Source: Klebsormidium nitens | Lineage: Eukaryota > Plantae > Klebsormidiophyceae | Direction of reading: 5' to 3' | DNA: 64,000 nucleotides | Assembly: GCA_000708835.1 (NCBI GenBank) | Contig: DF237328.1 | Location: forward strand, 1-64,000 | Shown here: positions 1 through 12,300 of the stretch, one piece after another | How positions within the stretch are numbered: position 1 is the stretch's first letter | Layout: every line of letters starts with the position of its first letter | Position numbers and translations under genes: made by a program | The notes under the pieces: generated by a model | Database searches by the model: none | The model's input: only the letters and a program-made list of their open reading frames with translations | What the model was told of the DNA's origin: nothing

Positions 1-134
1 TTTAACGCAGCAAGGAGGCAATCTGAGGTGCTTCTGAGCTTAAACGACTAGGCTCTGACATTCTGCGTACTCCGTGGCGGAGAAGCTCAGTTCTGAACCT
101 CCACTGCATTGGCCTTTGGCACTAGACATAAGCG

Positions 135-1061
135 ATGAGCAATCCAGAGGCTATGGCAGAAAACCACAGCGTGGCGGAGCCCGCCATCGCCTCTGTCTTT
201 GACATGCTGATGCAACGCCTGTCCGACTTGGAGCAAGCTGCGGACTTTGTTCGCCGGAATGAAATTTACCGCCAGTCCGGAATACGTGGCCGGCTGTTCC
301 CAGAGCTCTTTGAGATGAAAGCGGACCGGATAGTTAAGCATTTTGAGGAGGACTCTGTCTCAGGTGTCTTTGTTCGCTGTAGCTTGGAGGGGGCAAGCAT
401 GACCAATCACATTTTTGAGGGTTTCATGAAAAGAGGTGAGCATCAGGACGTCCTTCAACCGGACGTTTTGGACAAACTCAGGAAGAAGTTTGGACAGGAT
501 GCGGACTGCAGCAAGAAGCAGTGGGCCGACCTGGGGACCACCAGACCGGCAGACTTCCCAACAATCGGGGACGAGGTCACTTCGCGGATAGTCAGGAAGC
601 AATTCCCACAAGTCCAGCTTTATGTCGCTGACGAGGCCTCTGCGCGCTTCTATCTGTCCTTCAGAGGACCCCAGCCCATCTTAGAAGCATGTGTGGTGGT
701 GGAGAGTATTTTGCAATTTGTGAGCATGAAAAGAGAGGGTCTATCTATCCACCTTTTCCAACCTCTCATTGTGCCTCCAAGCGAGCCGGACGTGAGTGCC
801 CCCGAAGTAAGTTTTGCCTGCTTGACTCCCCCCTTGGTGTCCCCACATCAGATGAGCCGCAGGTATTGGGAGGGCGTGAAAGACATGATTGGACGAACAT
901 TTGATCCGCTCAGCAGGCTTAGGATGAAGGACATCATGGTGGATATGCTGAGAAACCCGGATCTTCGGGGCGGCTTTAGTGATTACGATGACATCCGGGC
1001 AGAGTTCGCCTGGGAGGGCGTGTCCGATGTCCTGACGCAACTGGAAGAACTGAATGTTTAG
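135..1061 (+). CDS. Intronless hypothetical protein (308 aa), no recognised domain
   Basis: Uninterrupted 308-codon ORF, far longer than the spurious ORFs around it. Short amphipathic/coiled-coil-like N-terminal segment VFDMLMQRLSDLEQ. No family recognised. Confidence 0.7.
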   Translation: MSNPEAMAENHSVAEPAIASVFDMLMQRLSDLEQAADFVRRNEIYRQSGIRGRLFPELFEMKADRIVKHFEEDSVSGVFVRCSLEGASMTNHIFEGFMKRGEHQDVLQPDVLDKLRKKFGQDADCSKKQWADLGTTRPADFPTIGDEVTSRIVRKQFPQVQLYVADEASARFYLSFRGPQPILEACVVVESILQFVSMKREGLSIHLFQPLIVPPSEPDVSAPEVSFACLTPPLVSPHQMSRRYWEGVKDMIGRTFDPLSRLRMKDIMVDMLRNPDLRGGFSDYDDIRAEFAWEGVSDVLTQLEELNV

Positions 1062-2426
1062 TGGGTAAAGTACGGTCTCTCGGCTCAACAGCTTTCTGGC
1101 TATGGTTAGGCGTGTTCAATGACCAGATCAATATAATGCATTCCTGGTCGAATGAGAATTTGCAAATAGTGGAATAGACTGAAATCATCAAACGGCTTTC
1201 AAGTCGTTGCATCCGCTTTCAGTAAATTTAGCTCTGCATTTGACGTTTCTAGGTTGGAAAGGTCAAGCGCTGGACTCGACATTTCTCATCATCATACTGC
1301 CGCCGCCGCCATGCATTTCGTGCCGCATGTAGCAACTTCACACCGATTGACGTTTTGCTGGTCAACGTAGAAGTCAGAGCCGCCAAGCGAACTTAGACGA
1401 TTGAATGTACTGGCTAGAAGTATACTCATGGTTGAACCGTGACTTACCTGTTGCATGCCGCAATTAACGAATTTCTTGCATGATGCATGTTTGGAAGCAA
1501 GCTGTATCTTAAGCTTGTGTATCCTAAAGTTCACAAACTTGGAAGCTCGAGTCGGACCGCGGGCTAGTAAACTGGCGGCACGGTATAGGCCATATCATAT
1601 CATAAATGGCATGAGATATGATCGAATATATGAGATCTCATGCAGGTAGCTGGCCGCCACTGCTTAATACCGAGTACTAACATTCATGGTCGACTCAACT
1701 GCACTCAGTGCTTACTTGATTAGTATCAGATCCGATCTATAGGTGCGGCCAGTAAAGCGCCGGCGCGTGCTTGGCTGGCCAGCTTAGTACGGTATAGTGT
1801 GCGGGCTGCAGCATGCGTTGACCGGCCAGTCAGTGACTTGAGAATGATTGCACATGCAATCAAATGCCCGCATACGTGAAATGGCGGCGGAGGTACCTTC
1901 CATATCTTGCATCAGTGCAACCTCAGGGCCTACGCGTGCATAAATGGTCGACCAATTTCCCCCACCCGCAAGAAGTCCTAGCTTGTGGCATGGCTATGGG
2001 GACAGTCTTGGGACTCCGGGATACTATCAAAAAGCTCCCAGGCACGTCTTCCGACTAGATGATGATGATCAGAATCTTAGCTATGCAAGAGGACTATCCG
2101 AGCTTCAGTGTTGCACGTCTCAAAAGTCGAAAGTTTGACATCGATTGCCACCACCATCAGTGCATAATTGATTTGCCACCACAATTGGCGCAAAATCTCA
2201 CAAGAAGTCCGATTGACCCAGCAAGTCGAACCATTTCATTCAAATATTTTTTGAATTTGTTTTGTGTCGGCACAAGCTCATCGCTAGTGCCAACACGCAT
2301 CCCCTTGTCCAGCGAATCCTCGTACTTCCGAAGGCAGTCCATTCAGAGAATGTCTCAATCGACTTTCGTGTAACAAGACAAGTGAGAGTAACTAGAGCAC
2401 ACAGGAAGTCAAATGTGCGACCGTAA

Positions 2427-5400
2427 TCAGCCCCATTGGAAATGGAATTGCTGACCGCCACCGCCTCCGAATGGCCCACCGAAGGGTCCGCCAAACGGTC
2501 CCCCAGGGTGCCCTTGTTGCGGCTCTAAGTCCTCCCCTCGGTCGTACCGTCCTTTCTTCTCCTCATCGCCCAAGACCTTCACGACAAGGACGGTCTATTT
2601 GACAAGTTTACAACTTTTCAAGCGGTGTGACAAAGGCATGCTCTGAGCAGTCCACCCACTTGACCGAAAGCTGCCCGCACCAAACGATAAGTACACTTTT
2701 CTGCAACAGAATCTCGAGGGTGACGTGATCGGCAAGGTCCGGTTGAAGGAAATAAAGCTGACTGAGCAAGGAGACGAATGCTCAAGCTGCACGGCCGTGT
2801 GGGGGCGATTCCCGGCAGGGCAAGAGCTCAAAGGGCGCTTCGCTTAGTCTGCTCAGTCAAAACGGAGAGCAATGCAATAGCGTACTGGCTGGCTTTACTT
2901 CGATACGGCTTGCTGCCCCCGTGAGATGGCGCATTAGGCTCCCAAAAAATAGAAGTTGTCTGGCATATATGACCGAGTCGCAGCGTTAATCTCACCTCGT
3001 ACGCTTCCGCCACCTCTTGAAACTTTCTCGACGCCTCCTCTTGCTGGCCGGGGTTCTTATCTGCAGGGCGTAGCGATCACAATCAGACCCCATTTCGCTT
3101 TCCGTTTGACGAAGGCATAAGCGGGTTGTACCAACATTTGAGATTCGTAATCTGGAAGACGTCAAATCTGGTGTGCCGCCCGGTGACCTTGCAGTAATGC
3201 TCCAAGCCCACCCGCTTGTCAGATGCGTGTCCAACAACTACAACCAACACTCTGAACAGCAGCCATTCATGTCCTGAGTTCGCAGAGGACGTGAACAGAG
3301 AACTAATACATCAACAACTCAGTCGACGATTGCGAAATTAAAATCATGTGGGAAGGAAGCAGACGAAGATGACTGAATGGGAAGCAGCGGGAGCAAGTCA
3401 GGTCAACAAGAAATGTTACTGGGTCAGTTTTTTCAAGCCCAAGTCGAACGACCAACAACAGCACTGCAAATACGATGCAACCTCAGCTGGGTGATGTCAA
3501 ATCTTTCCAAAGCACAAAGCAAGTCCAAGCTCAGAGTAACGTTGTTTGTACCGATGCTTGTTCGACTTTATTTGGGTAACCCTGTCATCTTACCTGGATG
3601 GTACTGGATCGCCAGCCGCTTATACGCCTTTTTGATATCCACCGCACTCGCGATTTTACTCAACCCGAGTATCTTATAATAGTCCTTCCGTTTGCTGATC
3701 TTCAGCTTTTGCTCCGCGTTCATAAGCGCCTGCCTCAGCCCGTGGTCCTGCGGGTTCTTCTGCACGGCCGCCTTGTAATCCGCGACCGCGCCGTCAAAAT
3801 CTTCCACGAGCAGCCTAGCCTCAGCCCGCTGCAACAAACCCTCTAGACTTCCCTCCTCCATTTCCAAGAACGCCCCACACTCCCGTAACGCATCCTGCCC
3901 TTTGCTCAGCTTTACGAAGCTCTTGCAAAGACCCAATCTGAGCTTCTTCACGTGGAGGGTGTGATTGGAATCGACCTCGATCGCAGACTGGTACTCTTCG
4001 ATTGCAACGCGGAACTTGTTTGCGGCAAATGCTTCCTCTGCGGCCTTTGTTCTCTTGTCGAGCAGCTTCGCCTTCCGATACTCCTTCTTCAACTCGGAGT
4101 GCTCGGGATCGGAGCGGAGGCCCCGCTGAAAGTGCCTGCAAAAACGGAGGATGCTGTCAGCTTAAAGGTTACTGAGGTCAACTTCGCCTTGCGCTCTTAC
4201 CCGGAGTGCTCAGGATTGGAGCGAAGGCCCCGCTGGAAGTATCTGCGAAAAAGGAGGATGATGTCAGCTTCGAACGCTCCTGACGTCAGCTTTGCCCTGC
4301 AGATTTACCTCTTCAACTCGGAGTGCTCGGGATCGGAGAGGAGTCCCGGCTGAGAGTGCCTGCGGAAAAAGAGGATGACGTCAGCTTCGAAAGCCTCTGA
4401 CATCAGCTTCGCCTTCCGATTGTCCTCCTTCAAGTCGGGATCGGAGCGGAGGCCCCGCTGGAAGTGCCTGCGAAAAACGGAGGATGACGTCAGCTTCAGG
4501 TGCTACTGACGCCACTGGTCAACTTCGCCTTGCGTTACCCGTCAAATTCGGATTGCTTGGAACTGACGCTGAGGCGCCCCTGAAGGCACCTGCAGGAGAA
4601 GAAATTACGCTCGGATGGAGGGGTCAGCGCCACCGCAGATGACGTCAGCTTTATCCAAGTTTGACTCATGCAACCTGAATCGAAGTGGAGTCCGTGCTGA
4701 AGGTACTCACGGAACATTCTGCAGATCGGTATTCACTGCAGTAAAGCACACCGCACAGCAAGCAGCTTGAGGTGCCTCATCTTTGTGCGAACGCGGTGCA
4801 ATGAGTTGGCGGAAGACCAAACAAGGGGATGGCCCCTGAGGCAACAGCTAAAACGAAAGGGCGGGATAAGGAAGGACGGCAGAAAATGCTGACCACACAA
4901 TCAATCCACCGAGCATGGACGCAAAAGGTAAGAGGAATATGTGGCCAAGTGTCAGAGCATGCTCGCCAGACGGTAAGCAGTCCTGCTCGAGTTTCGTTTG
5001 CTCACCTCGATACACTTCGACCGACGAGAACAAACAGGGCGACCATTTACCGCAAACTCAGAGCGACAACGTACCGGAAGGCCAAATCGTTGTTGCCCAG
5101 GTACCAGCGGCCCCGCCTTCCAAACGCGAAAGAAAGTGGGGCGACCAATTGCGCCTGACTGAGATTGCAAACGTACCTGATGGCCAAATCGTGGTCGCCC
5201 AAGTAGAAGTAGCCCCGTCCGCGCAGCAGGAGCGCCTCGAGATGGTTCTCCTCCACCTTTAGTACCTTCCCGATCTCGGTCACTACCCCGTCGAAGTCGC
5301 GTCTGTCGTAGAGGATGCGCGACTTCATCATCAAGGCCTGTAGACGAAGCATAAAGGATGAAAAGTCAGTGGAACCTGTGACCAAAAGTGTTAAAACGGA

Positions 5401-8400
5401 TAAGGGTCTTTTGTTGTTCCGATGATCGTCAAAACCAGTGCTCGATAAGGTCCGAGAAGAAGCGGCGGCCGTCAGATTCGCGCTTGTCGTAGAGATGTGC
5501 GACTTCATCACCAGCGCCTGAAGACGGGGGCGAACAGGATGGAGACTTGAGAAGCGAAAAGGCACGCAAACCAAACGGAACATGATCCGAATGTTCCCCT
5601 GGTGGTCGGAACAACCTCAAAGGACCTTTGGTAAGTCGCGATGGCCGGGGAGATCAAACTTCTTTTTGTCCAGAACTTGAGATCGTCAAATCCTTCGCTG
5701 GTTCTTTGCAGATGGACGATCTAACACGCATCGGGGCCTACAAGTAGCCGTCCCTTCTGGAGGATGTTAGTTGAAGCTAGCTTTCAAGTTGTTGAACCAA
5801 CATTGGAAAGGTTACATTGATATACTTTTACAGGCTTGGAAGTGCGAACTTTCAAATATCGGGGATTCGGGAGTAACGATGGTAGAGAACGGCTTCGGGA
5901 CTCGCAAAATTGTCGATCATTTTAAGAGTCCCAGATCAACGTTGGGACTCTCGAACCACTAGCGTCGATCGTCGAACTTCACACACCAACAGCTTCGCGG
6001 GTTTTACAGCTTCTCACAATCTGTTTCAGATGTTCTCCCCCACCGATCCATGAAAGAGTTGCAGCAAGCCAATGTAACAACAATCTGACCACTGGTACAA
6101 GTCTCTTCCTTAAGAGAGTCCCGGACATTCTCATAATGGCAAATAAGACTTTGTTATTACTCCAGACTCTCTTAACACGTTTCGGTGTGGAACAGGCAGC
6201 AGAAAACGAGGCTAAAAGCTGAAAGCGCCATGTTGCTGCCAATAGAATCTGTTACTTGATGCACTCTCTGCGGTAAGATTCAACTGAAAGGTCCAAAGGC
6301 TCATTGTGAGTACAATCTCTTCACACAACGTCGTAATCAGCCAATTGGAGTGCGAACAACGGTGCAAACATTGCCGCTGCACTCACCTCGACGCACTCCG
6401 GCGCGTACTCGAGCGTAACTCGATCCAGGTGCCCCAGTGCAGACTCCGCGTCTCCCCGGTCGAGAAAGATTGCTGCATAGCCCAGGCTCTTTTGCGCCTC
6501 GTCCGTTTCGGAGAGCGCTTGAGAAGCGCCCTTGTGGCCGGGCCGCAATGACAACACTTGAGTGAAGTCTCGGATGGCTTCATCGAATCTGAGAAGTGGA
6601 TTTGAGACAGATTGGGAAAGGCATCTAGTCACAGCTTCGACAAAGCATCACGAGAGTGGGGGAGTCCTTTGGCCCGGGCCGCAATGACAACACTTGCTGG
6701 AAGTCTCGGATGACTTCATCGAATCTGAGAAGACGGATTTGAGACGCAATAGAAAAGGCATCTAGTCACAGCTTCCACGGAGCAGAAACAAGAGTGGGGG
6801 AGTCCTTCTGGCCGGGCCGCAACGACAAGACTTGAGTGAAGTTCCGGATGGCTTCATCAAACCTGAAAGAGTGGATTTGAAAGGGGATCGAAAAGGCCTT
6901 CGCTTACAGCTTCGAAAGTGCAGCGGAACGTCTCCAGTCCTTTGGCGGTACAGTGAGGAAATAAGGTTCGAGGATTGATTGACAAAGTGCCAACCAGGAA
7001 CAACACGTCTTCCAATCTAGAACGGATTCATCGGATTTGGATGAAGGATGGTTCTTGAAAACGGGTTAGATTGGTGTCCTCAAGCAAAAGTGGGTGTAAA
7101 GTGGGCCCGGAAACGAAATTAACGAAAGGGCTGCAGAAAGTTACGGAGGGGCCAACCAAGAAGCCCCGGCGCTCAACAACCTCTTGCCAAGAGTTAAGTT
7201 CATTGGAGAAGCTTGTGGTTTAAGATTCCGCACGCACCTCCCAACCTGCCGCAACAGCTTGCCCCGATGCAGAAACCCCTGCACAAAACTTGTGTCCACA
7301 GTGACGGCTTTATCTAGATCCTTGAGCGCATCGCCGTTCTTCCGCTGGTGCAGCAGGGCTGCTGCTCGCTTGGTGTAACCCAGCGCCGTGTTTGGATCCG
7401 CATCTGCACAAGAATATAGACTGCTTATGTACAGCTGCCATAGCTGGCATAGTTGTCGAGGTCACACGCAACCATCTTATCTTGGTTCATGGCATAGACA
7501 CAGCTTTAACCGTCAGGTGACTGCTGTACACTTATGAAGGAATCGGAAGCCAGATCAGAGCATATTGTGTGGAGGGGCGTCGATACGCAAGCAACACAAG
7601 TCTATACACAGGTCTAAACACAAGGTGATACTGCTAATCATCTGCTGACTGTGAGCGTTTCGCACCAAGAGTCTAGGACTTGCCTTTGGTCCTACTTCCC
7701 CTGCTGTCTAACTCTGTTTGAAAAGTGACCATGAGCATGATCTTAGACAAGTGTATTGGCGTCACATGATGGATCTTGGTGGCCCTTGCTCTCACCTATA
7801 AAAGCGCTGTAATGCTGTATGGCGGCGGTCCATTCCCCTCTCGCAATCGCTGAGTCACCTGCCTGCAAGAAGGAACCTGCAGGGAACGAATAGTTGGAAT
7901 CAAAAGTACGGGGAAAATAGTGAACAAGTTTGATAGCCACTCTTCTGCTCTCAGAGTGAGCAGGCGAAAGACTAGGCAAACTTCTAGGGTTTGAATCATG
8001 GCCAGCGGTTGAGAGTGACAGCAGAATGCCCCACGAAGGGTCTGATTTTACCTAGAGCAATTAACAATCTGAGAGGAGGAGATAGGAAAGGCAGAACAAT
8101 CACAATGCAACAAACCAATACAGTATCTAATGCAACATTTATGCAGGATGTCTGGGTCTTGAAATTTAAAAGTCTGTGAGCCGTGAAATGTATGAGTTAC
8201 AAAACACAATACGTTCTCATATAGCAGCAACCGCAAGGACACGATGCAGCCCCGCCCTACCACCACTTGATCCCCGTGTCTTTCTTCTTGCACTGTTAAG
8301 CATCTCTTGGCTGGTCACAATGCTTTGCTTCTTGAGCAATGCCCGATTGTACTGGACACATTATCCCATATGCAAACTGAATATGCTTGGAGATCTCAAT

Positions 8401-8543
8401 TCAAATATGCTTGACTTTTAGGGGGGATCCCTTGCAATGCTTGAAGTACAGCACAACCAAAGGACCGCTGACTCACCTGCATCTATGCAAGAGACCTGCC
8501 ACGCCCGGACGAGAAGCAACAATGGAAGGAGAATGACCGCCAT
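2427..8543 (-). CDS. P58IPK: ER TPR-DnaJ co-chaperone P58IPK/DNAJC3 (~477 aa, 8 exons)
   Basis: Exons (minus): 8543-8477, 7876-7796, 7403-7238, 6588-6387, 5337-5177, 4135-3594, 3060-2996, 2576-2427. All GT-AG, phases consistent, 1434 nt. Signal peptide MAVILLPLLLLVRAW, TPR repeats, J domain KDYYKILG...AIQYHPDKN with HPD split by an intron, G/F-rich tail GGPFGGPFGG. Confidence 0.93.
4136..4620 (-). repeat. Tandem echo array of the P58IPK exon 6 acceptor plus exon start (4 extra copies, ~107-122 bp period)
   Basis: Copies of ttttgcag|GCACTTTCAGCGGGGCCTCCGCTCCGATCC with acceptors near 4243, 4360, 4468 and 4590; real acceptor at 4136. Confidence 0.85.
5040..5560 (-). repeat. Echo copies flanking P58IPK exon 5 on both sides
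   Basis: Acceptor plus exon-start copy near 5518 (cttcag|GCGCTGGTGATGAAGTCGC, with a 1-nt deletion). Exon-end plus donor copy near 5074 (GATTTGGCCTTCCG|GTACGTT). Confidence 0.8.
6589..6920 (-). repeat. Tandem echo array of the P58IPK exon 4 acceptor (2 extra copies, ~137 bp period)
   Basis: cag|ATTCGATGAAGCCATCCGAGACTT...TTGCGGCCCGG repeated with acceptors at ~6725 and ~6863. Confidence 0.85.
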
Positions 8544-9324
8544 TCTTTGTGGTAAACGTGAAGCATGAGATCATGAAGCTCTTCAAACACGACGCTGTGA
8601 ATTGCGTCTGGCAACACCTCTACCGATTAACCCTCGTTGTGAGAATGTTCAGATGCTGCAGGGGACGTCGGGCCGTCCGACTCCGATGGCCAATAATGAG
8701 GCGCTCTTCTGGCGCTGAACTTCCACGAATGCCATTCCGATCTGCTTGCTTGAACTCGAGGCGCTCGCGAGGCTGAAGCCTCATGAGGCATGAGCGGAAA
8801 CACGGAACGGAAGAGCTCTTCGATTTTGCCGGAAGGGGAACTGGACCGGAACTACCTACATGCGTTCCGGGCGTTCCGCTGTTCCGTTCAGACTCCACCT
8901 TCAGACGCGGGCCGTGCAGCGTTGCTCACAAACAGGCATATGTCCAGAGCTCTGCAGAGTCCCTATATGCGGCTGCCAATGGCGGACGGAGGCGTGTGCG
9001 GGGTGAAGAGCGCTGCTATGAAGGGTTGCCCTGCCATGAGCTGCTCAAACCAGAGCAGCTTACAGATTTCGCAGCATTGGGCCAGATCTGAAGGATGAGC
9101 TTTGAATCGGACGCTACTAATTTCCATGCAGCCAAACAGGGAAGATTAGGGTTTCATGCTCATGCGTGGTAAAATAAAGCCCCAGAGGAGCCTTTCTCTT
9201 CTGAAATTTGTAGTAAGTTAGTGTAGATACTCCTTCCTCCTATTTGAAATGTATCCAAGCCTTCTCCTGAAAGATTTCAGAACGTAGAACCGTCTCCTTA
9301 CGTTCAATAGGGCCTGAGAACAAG

Positions 9325-12300
9325 ATGGCCACCTCGATGGGGTTCTGGGCCGTTGTTGGAACGGCCTGCTATCCTGTGGGGAAGGTCCTGCTTCTGTGCC
9401 TAGTCGGAGCATTTCTAGCAAACCACCGGATGAATAAGTTCCCTGTAGAAGCAAGGAAGCACATGAACCATATGGTGTTTATGGTCTTTACCCCTGCACT
9501 CGTCTTCATCAACTTGGGGCCGGCGGTCACCATCAAAACGCTTCTTCAGTGGTGGTAAGTGACTTCCCTGAGAACTGGCCAGCTTGCATGTCTGGTGAAT
9601 ATCGTTGAGACTCTCTCCATGCACAAGCTATCTCCCTTGCTTTCCACATGTTAATTGGACTGACTGGACTAGTCCAATTTGCTCTAAGTTTCGGGCAAAT
9701 GTTTAACACCGAAAGGATGTAAGCAGCCAGTTTCTGCTGCATGCCAGTTGACGCTGAATTGCTGCTCCTTTTTGAGGACCCGAAAACCAAGCGTCATTCA
9801 CGCAAGGAAGGAAGGCTTCTCCACAAGCATACGCTGTTGGCCTTTGGGATTTCAATCTCATTTTCACCAATCCTCTGTTCACCCTGGGAAGAGCAGCCTT
9901 TTCAAGCTGAGAAGGATCATTCTTTTGCGTCCCACCAGCTCATCTGGTTCATGGAGCTTACTTACAAGCTGGGTCCATGCACATCAAAGCCTTGACATAC
10001 AGAAGTGTCCTTTGATGTTTTGTTAGGGAGCTTGGTACTCTTGCTTTCGCGTCCACCAACAGTGGCGCCGTTGTTTCCATCTTCAGCCCCCACTTCCATC
10101 AAAGTTATACCTTGAGATGATTCAAGAAGAAAAAGATGCCCTGATCATTGTGTGTGCCGACCTGGTCTTCTGCTTTTAAAGTCGCAGCCGCAGAGTCCTT
10201 TGCTTTGGGAGGGATCCTATTTCCGGCTCAATGTCGCTTTGTGCACTGAACGGAGACTTCGCTACAAGAAGAGCCACTCCGCGAGGTAGCGAAGTCGACT
10301 CTGACACTTCATTGACTCCTTACCCGTAGCGGGTGCCAATTTCACTGCCCCCATCCTGCAGGTTTATGCCTTTCAGCGTACTCCTCAACTCAGTCATTGG
10401 ATTCGGCCTCGGCCACCTCGTCGTTGCCGTCACAAAACCTCCTCCGCACCTAGTTAGGACGACAGTTGCGTGCTGTACCATCGGAAACATGGGGAATCTG
10501 CCGCTGGTTCTTATCACTGCGATTTGCGCAAACTCGGGATCAATATTTGGGGCGCATTGCTCCACTCAAGGCGTGGCTTACACGTCATACGGAATGCTGG
10601 TGAGCCCACCGATCTCGACCCTGTTTGTCTTGGAAATCTGGCGTCAGCTGATTATTCATGTTTTTCTCCAACTGGCAATCTCGAACCAGGTGTCTCTTCT
10701 ATCATTACAATCTGTGGACACGGAGACTGCAAACTATTTACTTCGTCGCAGCTGGACTCAAAGCCCCTCAGTAACCCCAACCATCCCAGGTTATCAACGA
10801 TTTACTCCTTAGATACTAACCCATATCTGAAGACCAGATGAAGAAGTATTCGGCCATCCGCACTCCCTCAGGGAGTGCAGGGCCAAAAGTGACTCGGGTT
10901 TGAGTTTCCTACACTCTGGTTGACCTCTGCCGATGCCCTTACCCACAGATGGCCGTCATCGTCATGTGGTCATTCATCTACAACTATCTAGAAAGCCCCG
11001 GGAAGAGCGGGGAGCAACACCAGCTCTACGAGATGCTCAACCTTTCTCCCCACGAAACTCCGCGAGTCCCAACCCTTGAGGACGGCGATCCAAATCTAGG
11101 AGCCAAAAGCCCCGCTACGAAAGGTCTGTTGCAGTCGGACTCTTCCGCAGGGGGGGCAGGAGCAGAGGCGGAATTCGGGGGGGTAAGCCAAAGTAGCCAC
11201 GATAGAAGTAGTGATAGAACAGGGGGCTTGCGAGAATCGGCACCGGCAGGGTTCAGCGAGGGGGTTGATTTGGCAGGAGAAAGTCGGGGGTGGAGGGAGC
11301 ACTGGGGGACATGTCAACGGTGGCTAAGGCAACTGAAGTGGGATAAGATGTTCACGCCGCCAGTCTGCGGGGTGGTAAGTACAAAGCTTCTGCTTTTCAT
11401 ATTTTCCCCGAGGGACCCCTTATGTTGCGGAGGTCCGAGTTGAGGCAGCGGTTTTTGGTTCGAGGCAGAGAGTGGAAGTATGGAAGGTGTTGGTGGATGC
11501 ATTTGTGTGGGAGCGCCCTCTGTTCACAGAATCGCTGACAAAGTTGGTGCGAATCTATCACCCTACAAGTACGTTGGCCATGCGTGGCAGATGAGTTGAA
11601 GATGACGAAATGCAGAGGGGGAACCTAAAGGAAGCATCTGAGGAGCTGACGGTTGTCAAGTTCTGACAAAATTGGTTACTGTTGGGGTTTTCCTCACGAG
11701 AATACTTGATTGTGTCACGAGAGAGCGTGCGGGTATGAACCTCGGTGGCTGGATAAGCTCTTGACGCTCGATTCGGGTTGTCGCAACCACGACCTGCCTG
11801 TCTGAGACGGCATAGTTTTGGTTGGAGTCCGTTTGCGACCCGCCGGAGTCCGTAGTATCAGCTTCGACATCACAGGCTTCAGCGTTTGGAAATTCAATAA
11901 GCTGCACGCTTTTTTGTTGGTCGTATATGCGTGACGATTCTATCAAAGCCCATACAACTGAACGAATGACAGACGCAATCTCTTTGAGCCATTGGAGCAC
12001 AGACCCTCAGAGCATTTGCTGCCGAATTTTTCGAGTCCTGAAATTCGGACTGCTGAAGATACAATGCGTCAGAACATCATGCCCACTGTAAAGGCTCCGA
12101 CGGACGGCCGCCAAGTCAAAGATCATGACGACACTTCCAGAGCCTCCACTTCTCTTGTTTTCAAGACTACCCGTGCTGCAAGATTGCGTAAGAAACGCGG
12201 GGCTTGGTCTGTGCAGATCTGTGCAATTGTGGTGGGCGGGACCGACCCTCTCCAGGACGTGTTCTTTGGGGCGAATGCGTGGCTCAAGCTACTGACTGAC

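Noticed and set aside
11656-12000. 114-aa antisense ORF in PILS intron 3 as a nested gene
   Set aside because: No motif, near-cognate start, and length compatible with chance.
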